Shown here: positions 38,958 to 46,750 of the stretch, in pieces
Layout: every line of letters begins with the position of its first letter
How positions within the stretch are numbered: position 1 is the stretch's first letter
NCBI GenBank assembly: GCA_024400455.1
Contig: JAKSMU010000010.1
Location: 9,209-73,208 of the forward strand
Direction: 5' to 3'
DNA length: 64,000 nt
Source of the DNA: Bacteroidales bacterium
GTDB taxonomy: Bacteria; Bacteroidota; Bacteroidia; Bacteroidales; F082
Notes under the pieces: model-generated
Seen by the model: only the letters and a program-made list of their open reading frames with translations
Database searches by the model: none
What the model was told of the DNA's origin: nothing
Made by a program: the position numbers and the translations under genes

Positions 38958-40331
38958 ATGAAATTCAAGGAAATACACAAGACGGCATTGGCCAAAGTGC
39001 TCTCCGATTTAATCCAGAGCGACGGCATCGTCAACCAAGGCGAAATGGATTGCCTCACCCATGTCTTCGAGGTGCTCAACATCACGGCAGCGAGCACGAA
39101 GAAATTGGCAAATCTCTCATTGTCAAATGCTTTGTTCTATCTGAAATCGCTTGGCAATGTGGAGAAAATGGCCATACTGAAAATTCTGCAGCAACTGTCC
39201 ATGTCCGACGACAGCCTCGACCCCAACGAGTCACTACTCATCAGCGCCATGTTGCTCTCCATTCAGATTGACCTGCCAGAAACGCATGACATTCACGCCA
39301 GTCTTGTCTCCATTCCCAACCTTGCTTTCGACACCCAAAACGCCGTGCTTTATGTCGAATCAAATTTCGACACCGAAACCAATACTAAAATTGAAAAGGA
39401 ATACGATAAAATCTGCGACTTGCTGAAAAAAAGCAACCGTGAATTCTTCTATCTCCCTAAAGTGTTGCAGGAAATGAGCAGCAAACGTATCACTTTCCAC
39501 GACACATTGAGTTACCTTGAGCCAACCCTTTCCGACGAGCAGCTTGCTCTCATCAACACCAACATCGACATGATGACCACCGCCGATTTGTCGAAAGAAA
39601 TTTTCCTAAACTACCTCAACATCAACGGCTTCAATTTGGAAAAACCTTGTTTTTTCTTCAAAATAAGCAACAAGATGCCGAGCCGTTTCCAGAATTTCCT
39701 CATCCTCGAAATCGACAACGATCCTTTGCAAACCCTACAGCAGTTTTACCAGCTCAACGACAACATTACGCAATTGAAGCCCAATGGATTGACCGACAAG
39801 GAGAAACGCTCGCTCAACAGACTCAACGCCAAGGCAAACCACGAGCAAAAGGACGAGGTGCAATACACAGGCTTCCACAAGGTCATCATCGACACCTTAT
39901 TAAAATATAACGGCAGCCAAGGCATCAGCCGCATCTTCGTGGCCGAAAGCGGCAACATCTACCTCACCGACCGCAACAACATCGAAGTGAAAATGTCATC
40001 CATCAGCAAGGCGCTTTACATTCTCTTCCTTTTGCACGAAGAAGGCATCAAGCTCAACTATTTGGTTGACCACAAGAAACAGCTTTACAAGATTTACCGC
40101 CACATCTCAACCTATGGCGAAGACGAATTGCTTCGCACTGCCGTCGACAACATCATCGATGTCACGGGAACGACTATGAGCGCCAACATTTCGCGCATCA
40201 AGAAATCCTTTATTTCCGTTTTGGGCGACGATGCCACCTTGTATCTGATTCAAGGTAACAGAAACGAAAAAAAGACCATCAATCTCGACAGGAAACTGGT
40301 GGTCTTTGAGAATCGGAGCTTGTTTGAATAA
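38958..40331 (+). CDS. Hypothetical protein (457 aa), possibly with a TerB-like N-terminal helical domain
   Basis: The ATG at 38958 gives MKFKEIHKTALAKVLSDLIQSDGIVNQGEMDCL... The upstream part of the 817-aa ORF in the track is antisense to the ATPase gene. The TerB-like call rests only on the DG.....E pattern and helical character, so it is weak. Confidence 0.65.
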   Translation: MKFKEIHKTALAKVLSDLIQSDGIVNQGEMDCLTHVFEVLNITAASTKKLANLSLSNALFYLKSLGNVEKMAILKILQQLSMSDDSLDPNESLLISAMLLSIQIDLPETHDIHASLVSIPNLAFDTQNAVLYVESNFDTETNTKIEKEYDKICDLLKKSNREFFYLPKVLQEMSSKRITFHDTLSYLEPTLSDEQLALINTNIDMMTTADLSKEIFLNYLNINGFNLEKPCFFFKISNKMPSRFQNFLILEIDNDPLQTLQQFYQLNDNITQLKPNGLTDKEKRSLNRLNAKANHEQKDEVQYTGFHKVIIDTLLKYNGSQGISRIFVAESGNIYLTDRNNIEVKMSSISKALYILFLLHEEGIKLNYLVDHKKQLYKIYRHISTYGEDELLRTAVDNIIDVTGTTMSANISRIKKSFISVLGDDATLYLIQGNRNEKKTINLDRKLVVFENRSLFE

Positions 40332-40333
40332 AA

Positions 40334-41107
40334 CTAAGCCAACTTGTTATCTAACAAGAAAGTGACGTCGCTGTTCGGATCAATTTCGACAGGTTCCTTG
40401 CCATAACGCATGACAATCATCTTCTTGCCGCCCTTCAGCAGCATCTTTTCGTCAACCACCCAAAGTGCCGTGGCTTCGCGCAGGCCGACCACCGTCATAT
40501 CCTGGTTGACAGCCAGATATTCGTCGATACGCACTTGACGTGTTTCGCCGCCGTGCTTAATCAGCTTGTCGATTTCAGGATTCGGGTCGAGGTAATGCGG
40601 ATTGATTTGGAATGGAACCAAATTCAAGCATTTGAACGAAGCAGGCTGCACGACAGGCATGTCGTTGGTCGTGCAAAGTGTCGGGCAAGCCACATTCGAG
40701 CCAGCGCTCCAACCCATGTAAGGCACGCCGGCCAAAGCACGCTCACGGATGGCCTCCATCAAGCCGTACTTGTGCATTTCGGCCACCAAATGGAAAGTGT
40801 TGCCGCCGCCTACGACGATGCAATCAGCCTCCTTAACCGCCTTGACCTTGTCATCGAAATGATGCACTGATGTGAAATTGGTCAGGCCGAATTTCTCGGC
40901 AAACACGCCCTTCACTTTGGCTTCGTAAGCATCGTAGCTTTCGGGATAAGCCTTGCCGCCGATGTTGATGCCAGCAAACGGCACGAAAACGATTTTACTA
41001 TCCTTATTAATATTGTTCTGCAAGCAGAAAAACTCAATCTGATTGGCAGCCCATGCCAGATAATTTTCACCGAAATTGGTTGAATTGCTTATTAATAAAA
41101 GTCTCAT
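40334..41107 (-). CDS. pepE: Dipeptidase E (peptidase S51, alpha-aspartyl dipeptidase)
   Basis: MRLLLISNST..., VGGGNTFHL, GWSAGSNVACPT, TTNDMPVV, FQINPHY and GETR. These are collinear with E. coli PepE. Confidence 0.9.
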   Translation of the reverse strand: MRLLLISNSTNFGENYLAWAANQIEFFCLQNNINKDSKIVFVPFAGINIGGKAYPESYDAYEAKVKGVFAEKFGLTNFTSVHHFDDKVKAVKEADCIVVGGGNTFHLVAEMHKYGLMEAIRERALAGVPYMGWSAGSNVACPTLCTTNDMPVVQPASFKCLNLVPFQINPHYLDPNPEIDKLIKHGGETRQVRIDEYLAVNQDMTVVGLREATALWVVDEKMLLKGGKKMIVMRYGKEPVEIDPNSDVTFLLDNKLA

Positions 41108-41155
41108 TGCTTTAAAGATTTAAATTTGTGCAAAGATAAGAAATGTTTTCAAAAT

Positions 41156-41485
41156 TTAGAGTTCATTATATTTTTTCGCATTTCCGCGTGCTTTTTCAAC
41201 GGGATATTTCAAGGCATTCTTCTTCAGCTTATCCAAAACGATTTCCTTGACATCCAACCGGTACTTATCTGCCAGTAGGAAAGCATAGCTAAAGACATCC
41301 GCTAACTCCTCCTTGACCTTTTCCACATTCACTTCTTCGGCAGATTTCCATAAAAAAGCCTCCATGAGTTCGTTTGCTTCAATGCTTAGAGCTATGCTCA
41401 AATCCTTTCCATTATGAAACTGGTCCCAGTCTCGTTCGTCAGAAAAATCACGGTTTGCCTTTATCAGTTCTTCTATATCGCTCAT
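41156..41485 (-). CDS. MazG-like nucleotide pyrophosphohydrolase (109 aa)
   Basis: The ATG at 41485 gives MSDIEELIKANRDFSDERDWDQFH. The motifs LSIEANELMEAFLWK and EELADVFSYAFLLA form the EExxE/D helical pair typical of the MazG/YpjD-like family. A CAAAAATA box sits at 41514-41521. Confidence 0.75.
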   Translation of the reverse strand: MSDIEELIKANRDFSDERDWDQFHNGKDLSIALSIEANELMEAFLWKSAEEVNVEKVKEELADVFSYAFLLADKYRLDVKEIVLDKLKKNALKYPVEKARGNAKKYNEL

Positions 41486-41588
41486 TGTATTGCCATTAAA
41501 TGTTAATATGCAGCAAAAATAAGCAAAATGTGCTATCGCCAGGAATAGCGAGGCTTTTATCCTCGTTTCCAATAACAAAAACTTTTCT

Positions 41589-41596
41589 TATCTTTG
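41589..41596 (+). promoter_or_regulatory. Candidate -7 box (TATCTTTG) for the amidohydrolase gene
   Basis: TAnnTTTG match 20 nt upstream of the ATG at 41617. Confidence 0.4.
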
Positions 41597-41616
41597 CACT
41601 TCCAAAACAATCTGAA

Positions 41617-43269
41617 ATGCTAAAGCAAACCATATACGCACTCTTTTCCATCCTAATTCTTGCCGTTTCATGCACTTTCAATAAGGCCGAAGCCGACCTT
41701 ATTCTTTATAACGCCACAATTTACACGGTTAACAGCGTCTTTTCGCAAGCACAGGCCCTAGCTGTAAAAGACGGAGCTTTTGTCAGCATTGGCAGCGACA
41801 AAGAAATCCTAAGTCACTATCATTCAAACAACACCATTGACGCGCAAGGACTATTCGTATATCCCGGTTTTATTGACGGTCACAGCCACTTCACAGGGTA
41901 TGGGGAATGGATATCGCGTTATGCCGACTTAAGCGGAACCCGTTCTTTTGAAGAAGTCATAGAAAGGCTAAAGACTCACGACAGTCTCCACCCCTCCGAA
42001 TGGCTGTTGGGAAAAGGATGGGACCAAAACCTATGGGAAGACAAGAGCTTCCCTGATAACAGCAGACTTGCCGAAGAGTTTCCCAGCCGAAAAGTCTTAC
42101 TCAGCCGCATTGACGGCCACGCCGTGCTGGTCAGCGAGAAGGTGTTGGATATAGCCGGCATAAACGCTGACACAAGAATCGACGGCGGCACTATCAAGGT
42201 TGAGGACAAAGTCTGTACGGGTATTCTACTTGACAAAGCGGCGGAATTCGCCAGAAGTTTCATTCCGACTCCATCAGCCGAAGAGCGGGCAAGATATCTG
42301 TTGAATGCCCAAAGCAACAGCTTCGCCGTCGGCCTCACTAGCGTCACAGATGCAGGATTAGACAAAAGAGAGATTCTTTTCATAGACAGCTTGCAACAAA
42401 ACGGCGACTTGGACATACACGTCAACATCATGATTAATCCCAACGAAGAAAACCTTGATTATTTCATGCCTCAAGGACCAATATGCAAGCAGAAACTCAC
42501 CCTACGCTCCGTCAAGCTATATGCCGATGGCGCATTAGGCTCACGAGGGGCAAAACTCATCGAGCCATATAACGATGCCCCCGACCACACTGGACAAATG
42601 ATCTGCGACCGCAACTTTTACAGTCAGGTATGCCAGAGAGCCATCCAATCCGGATTCCAAGTCTGCACACACGCTATCGGAGATGGTGCCGTTAGAGAAA
42701 TACTACACTTATATTCAGAACATCTAAAAGGATCCAACAACCTCAGGTGGCGCATCGAGCATTCGCAGGTCGTTCAGCCCGCCGATTTAGGCCTTTACAA
42801 GTCCTATTCAATAATTCCATCAATCCAAAGCACACATTGCATTTCCGACATGAACTGGGCCATTGATAGGCTCGGCAAAGAAAGAATCATCAACGCCTAT
42901 GCACAGAAAACCCTCTTAAAGCAAAACGGATGGCTGATTAACGGCACCGACTTCCCCATCGAGGATATCAATCCTATCTTCACTTTTTACGCAGCCATTG
43001 CCCGCAAGGACCATAACGGACATCCAAAGGAAGGATTTCAGCCCGAAGAAGCCCTGAGCCGAGAAGAAGCTTTAAGAAGCATTACCATCTGGGCCGCCAA
43101 AGGATGCTTCATGGAAGTTAGAAAAGGTAGCATTGAAGCCATGAAAAATGCTGATTTTGTCATTCTAGACCAAGACATCATGCATTGTCCAGAGGAAAAC
43201 ATACCAAACACCCAGGTAAGAATGACCTTTTTAGAAGGAAAAAACGTATTCTCAAAACCTATAAGATAA
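41617..43269 (+). CDS. Amidohydrolase-family metallohydrolase (YtcJ-like), exported or lipoprotein
   Basis: The ATG at 41617 gives MLKQTIYALFSILILAVSCTF (lipobox-like). PGFIDGHSHF is the metal-binding HxH motif. Also KLYADGALGSRGA, VCTHAIGD and NGTDFP. 550 aa. Confidence 0.85.
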   Translation: MLKQTIYALFSILILAVSCTFNKAEADLILYNATIYTVNSVFSQAQALAVKDGAFVSIGSDKEILSHYHSNNTIDAQGLFVYPGFIDGHSHFTGYGEWISRYADLSGTRSFEEVIERLKTHDSLHPSEWLLGKGWDQNLWEDKSFPDNSRLAEEFPSRKVLLSRIDGHAVLVSEKVLDIAGINADTRIDGGTIKVEDKVCTGILLDKAAEFARSFIPTPSAEERARYLLNAQSNSFAVGLTSVTDAGLDKREILFIDSLQQNGDLDIHVNIMINPNEENLDYFMPQGPICKQKLTLRSVKLYADGALGSRGAKLIEPYNDAPDHTGQMICDRNFYSQVCQRAIQSGFQVCTHAIGDGAVREILHLYSEHLKGSNNLRWRIEHSQVVQPADLGLYKSYSIIPSIQSTHCISDMNWAIDRLGKERIINAYAQKTLLKQNGWLINGTDFPIEDINPIFTFYAAIARKDHNGHPKEGFQPEEALSREEALRSITIWAAKGCFMEVRKGSIEAMKNADFVILDQDIMHCPEENIPNTQVRMTFLEGKNVFSKPIR

Positions 43270-43340
43270 TATAAATCAACAATTTCAAACAAAAAACAAA
43301 AAAATATACCATTTTTTGCTTGCATTATCGAAAAAAGATG

Positions 43341-43348
43341 TACTTTTG
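43341..43348 (+). promoter_or_regulatory. Candidate promoter for the tRNA genes (TACTTTTG, with an upstream TTTG at 43315-43318)
   Basis: TAnnTTTG match 15 nt upstream of the tRNA-Arg 5' end. A TTTG lies 22 nt further upstream, close to the Bacteroides -33/-7 spacing. Confidence 0.5.
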
Positions 43349-43363
43349 CATCGTCAAAACGAT

Positions 43364-43437
43364 GGACTAGTAGCTCAATTGGATAGAGTCCCTGACTACG
43401 GATCAGGCGGTTGTGGGTTCGACTCCCGCCTAGTTCA
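43364..43437 (+). tRNA. tRNA-Arg (anticodon ACG)
   Basis: Folded by hand. Acceptor GGACTAG/CTAGTTC, anticodon stem CCTGA/TCAGG with loop CTACGGA, T-arm GTGGG-TTCGACT-CCCGC. 74 nt, no encoded CCA. Confidence 0.9.
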
Positions 43438-43439
43438 CG

Positions 43440-43474
43440 AAAAGGTTCCATAAAAAGAACCTTTTTTCATTTTT
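43440..43474 (+). terminator. Terminator-like hairpin plus T-tract between the two tRNA genes
   Basis: AAAAGGTTC-cataaaaa-GAACCTTTT (9-bp stem) followed by TTCATTTTT. It ends exactly at the first base of tRNA-Glu. Confidence 0.45.
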
Positions 43475-43547
43475 GGCCCATTCGACTAGGGGTCTAGGTC
43501 ACCTGCCTCTCACGCAGGCAACAGCGGTTCGAATCCGCTATGGGCTA
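43475..43547 (+). tRNA. tRNA-Glu (anticodon CTC)
   Basis: Acceptor GGCCCAT/ATGGGCT, anticodon stem CCTGC/GCAGG with loop CTCTCAC, T-arm AGCGG-TTCGAAT-CCGCT. 73 nt. Confidence 0.88.
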
Positions 43548-43557
43548 CAAAAAAAAC

Positions 43558-43590
43558 AAACCCTAATTGGCAATCCGTCAGTTAGGGTTT
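43558..43590. terminator. Bidirectional terminator between tRNA-Glu (+) and the 253-aa gene (-)
   Basis: AAACCCTAA-N15-TTAGGGTTT (9-bp stem). It is flanked by an A-run upstream and by TTCTTTTATT downstream, so a T-tract follows the hairpin on both strands. Confidence 0.6.
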
Positions 43591-43595
43591 TTCTT

Positions 43596-44357
43596 TTATT
43601 GTTTTACACCGCCATGTTCCACGCCCATGTCGTACAATTCATCCAAATGACGCTTTAGGCGGCGTGCCATCGGACGAAATGTATAATAGGTGATGGTGGC
43701 CGAGATAGGGGCTCCGACCAAAGGCAACACCTTCCCTACCCCTTTGGCGAAAGTCTCCTTGGTCATGTCCATGCCAATCCATTGCGCAATCTTGATGACA
43801 TAGTGTGCCACTACCGTCTCCGACAACTTGATACCGGCGTTCTTTGAGGCAGCCGTCGCCACTTTTGCCAAAGCCTCGACAGCCAGTTTATTGCCCATCA
43901 TGGCACCCACAAAAAGCGTCATAATGTTCAGTGACTCGTCGTCCAACTGATTGTTGACATTGGTCAAAGCAGGCCAACCATAGAGGTAAATCAGTTTCTG
44001 CATCAAGGCGAGGATATGGCCATAGAACTGCGTGATGTCGGACGGAATGGTACCCGCCATCCACCAGCCGCCAGGCAATCCCATCAAGGCAGATGTGCCA
44101 CAGACCATAGTTAAATGATAACTGATGCATTGGTTGGCAAGCTTGTCGATTTCCTTCTTATTGAGCACTTCAAGCGGAGAATTGTCAAGTGCCGTCATCA
44201 GCTCCATCGGCGTACAGAACTTGCCCAATTCCTTAGTGAGGAACTCTTCACGGTTTACCTTAACGAATGGCAAAGAAAGACTTGCCGACAAGATGCCGTT
44301 CCATAGGCTCACGCCTTTTTCGGTCTTGTTCTCTTCGGTTTCTTTGGACATATACAT
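43596..44357 (-). CDS. Hypothetical protein (253 aa), possibly EcsC-family
   Basis: Clean ORF with ATGs at 44357 and 44351 and a CAAAGATA box at 44371-44378. The Gly-rich segment ALMGLPGGWWMAGTIPSDITQFY and the motif LIYLYGWP recall EcsC-like proteins. This is from weak recollection only. Confidence 0.6.
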   Translation of the reverse strand: MYMSKETEENKTEKGVSLWNGILSASLSLPFVKVNREEFLTKELGKFCTPMELMTALDNSPLEVLNKKEIDKLANQCISYHLTMVCGTSALMGLPGGWWMAGTIPSDITQFYGHILALMQKLIYLYGWPALTNVNNQLDDESLNIMTLFVGAMMGNKLAVEALAKVATAASKNAGIKLSETVVAHYVIKIAQWIGMDMTKETFAKGVGKVLPLVGAPISATITYYTFRPMARRLKRHLDELYDMGVEHGGVKQ

Positions 44358-44381
44358 TTACATTTTGCGGCAAAGATAAAT

Positions 44382-44416
44382 AAAAAAGCCCGAAGCGAGA
44401 AGCCTCGGGCTTTTAA
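44382..44416 (-). terminator. Rho-independent terminator after the 758-aa C10 peptidase gene
   Basis: AGCCCGAAGC-gagaa-GCCTCGGGCT (10-bp stem, one mismatch), with T-runs on both sides when read on either strand. Confidence 0.6.
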
Positions 44417-44434
44417 TGATTATTTTGCAAGACA

Positions 44435-46711
44435 TCAATGCATCACTGTGAAGCGGCGTGAAGCAGTGCCGTTAGCAGTGCTGATAGTGGCATTATAGAT
44501 GCCGGCTTCGAACTGGGTGGTGTTGATAATCACCTGGTTTTCGGAGCAAGCGAAAGTGCCAACAATCTGTCCCATCATATTGCTGATGACGACTTCGGTC
44601 ATGCCTTCGGCCTTAATGGTCAGGTTGCCGTTGACAGGGTTCGGGAAGAGAGTCATTTCGGCTTCGTTCTCGCAAACCGATGTAACAGTAGCGGTAACGT
44701 AGTCGTTGCCATCGTTAGCCCAAGCCGGAGTTGATTCGCAATAGTTACGGTAAGCAGTCACCTTATAATAATAGGTGCCGGCATCAACGATGTCGAAGTA
44801 TTCGCGAGCGGCCTTATCGGCTTCGCCGACTTCTTCGTAGTTAACATTGTCAACCGAACGGTAAATCTTGAAGTTCTTAGGTTCGTCGGCATATTCCCAA
44901 GTCAAAAGGGTACCGAAATCACCAGCTTCGTAGACATATTCGGCAGCCAGATTGTCAGGAGGCAAGCAACCGCTGCAATCGTTTTCTTCGGTGGTCAGCA
45001 CGCTCGGAATGTTGGCTGATGAACCTGAGTAGGAATAAACCGATTCATTTGATGAGTTTTTGATATTGATGGTAATGCTCTGCACAGTGCTTGACGGAGC
45101 AATCCACTTGAAGGTAACATTGCCTTCCGGAACGCGCATCTGATAGCTGATAGGTGTTGCTGAAGTCATGGTCAATTCTTCAACGACATTGCCAAAAGAG
45201 TTGACCAACTGAATCTTACCATCATTCCAGCCTTGGAAATTGGTGGTCTGACCGACGATTTTCCAATAACAAGTTGGACCATACTGGTATCTGTATTCAG
45301 CCATACGGCCTTTCACGTTGTTGGTGATATAATAAACCTTGTAAACATAACTATCGAATTCAGGCACTTCATCGGTGAAAGACATGGTTGCACCGGCAGC
45401 AACATTTTCCTGTGCAAACACCTGAACGCCATTGCGTTCAATGACAATCTTTTCGATGGTTTCAATGGTTTCGCCACCATAATTCACCGTAGGATTTTCC
45501 CAAGTGATGACACCTTGCTTTGAATTGGCATTAATGGCATTGATGTTCAGTTCAGGAGCAGCGACAAAACCGTCATAGATATAGTCAGGAACAAAGTTGA
45601 AGACTGCAGCATTGTACTCATTGAAATGAGAACCTACAGGATTCACAGCATCGATAGCGTAATAAGAATCGCCATAGCCGCTCCATCCGAAATTGAAGTG
45701 GAAATAACGGTCGTCGCGATAGCCGTCGCAAACATAAGCATGGCCTTCGTTGCCATCAACACCTGAATAATAGAAAGGTATTCCACGATCCAGACTTTCG
45801 ATGAGTTTGTCTTCCCACTGCGTTCTGGTGTAGGAATCACGGTAGAGAAGTTCAGCAGCGGAAGCGTATCTGAAATAAGTCGAAATAGCACCTGGGACAT
45901 CACCCGACTGGGCACCGCTACCGTTGTAGCCGTATTGCATGTCGATTGAAACGCCGCAGTGCCACATCAGACGTGCAACGGCATCGATCTGAACAGCCTG
46001 TGAGCCATTGGAGATTTGGATTGGCATGTTGTTCCAATCGTAATAGGTGTTTTCGAAATCAGCGGTCTGCATTGGGAAACCCTGAGGCGTGTAGGAATAT
46101 GTTCCTGCACCATGATCAGGCCAGTTCCAGTATTTCATCACCATAGCCATGGCATCAGCAGCGCATCCGGCATAAACGTGGCCGCCAGGACCATAGTTGT
46201 GAGCCGGGCAAAGACGGTTGTAAGGGTTGTCTTGGTTCCATTTCAGGTTAATCAGCGGATTGACGCCTTTTTCGCCTGACTTTTCGGAGATGCAACCATC
46301 TTTGGCGAGACGCATCCACTGTTCGGCGATTTGAGCTTCCTGTTCCATGCCAGTTTCAACGGCATAACTGATTTCTTTGGTGTAAAGACTCAGAAAATCG
46401 CGCATACCGTCAGGCATGTTAGCGGCATCGAAACTGCCTTCTTCAGAGAAAGCAAGGATAGGCTGTGCCACGTCATCGGCGGAGACAACCACAAAACCGC
46501 CTTCAAAGTTGAAGACATAAAAGGCTGCATTGCCATTTGATTGAGTGGCAGTGTATGCCAAATCAACACTTGAAATCTGTTTTGCAACGCTAAGGTTGCG
46601 CTTTGCGAACTGCAAGCCATACTTTTGGGCTTGATTCACATCGACTGGTGATGCCATGACTTGTGCAAAAGAAAGCACCATGGCCATCACGAAGAATAAT
46701 GTTTTTTTCAT
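44435..46711 (-). CDS. C10-family cysteine peptidase (streptopain/interpain-like) with N-terminal Spi-type propeptide, Fn3-like domains and a T9SS type-A CTD
   Basis: Propeptide FYVFNFEGGFVVVSADDVAQPILAFSEEG. Catalytic Cys context WNQDNPYNRLCP...GCAADAMAMVMKYWNWP. Catalytic His context GHAYVCDGY...FHFNFGWSG. CTD TLFPNPVNGNLTIKAEG...AGIYNATISTANGTASRRFTVMH. Confidence 0.88.
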   Translation of the reverse strand: MKKTLFFVMAMVLSFAQVMASPVDVNQAQKYGLQFAKRNLSVAKQISSVDLAYTATQSNGNAAFYVFNFEGGFVVVSADDVAQPILAFSEEGSFDAANMPDGMRDFLSLYTKEISYAVETGMEQEAQIAEQWMRLAKDGCISEKSGEKGVNPLINLKWNQDNPYNRLCPAHNYGPGGHVYAGCAADAMAMVMKYWNWPDHGAGTYSYTPQGFPMQTADFENTYYDWNNMPIQISNGSQAVQIDAVARLMWHCGVSIDMQYGYNGSGAQSGDVPGAISTYFRYASAAELLYRDSYTRTQWEDKLIESLDRGIPFYYSGVDGNEGHAYVCDGYRDDRYFHFNFGWSGYGDSYYAIDAVNPVGSHFNEYNAAVFNFVPDYIYDGFVAAPELNINAINANSKQGVITWENPTVNYGGETIETIEKIVIERNGVQVFAQENVAAGATMSFTDEVPEFDSYVYKVYYITNNVKGRMAEYRYQYGPTCYWKIVGQTTNFQGWNDGKIQLVNSFGNVVEELTMTSATPISYQMRVPEGNVTFKWIAPSSTVQSITINIKNSSNESVYSYSGSSANIPSVLTTEENDCSGCLPPDNLAAEYVYEAGDFGTLLTWEYADEPKNFKIYRSVDNVNYEEVGEADKAAREYFDIVDAGTYYYKVTAYRNYCESTPAWANDGNDYVTATVTSVCENEAEMTLFPNPVNGNLTIKAEGMTEVVISNMMGQIVGTFACSENQVIINTTQFEAGIYNATISTANGTASRRFTVMH

Positions 46712-46750
46712 TTTGTATTAAGTTTAATATTGATTCAAAGACATGAATTG

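Noticed and set aside
43473-43658. A 61-aa ORF that overlaps tRNA-Glu.
   Set aside because: It overlaps a well-folding tRNA and a terminator hairpin, and nothing supports it as coding.
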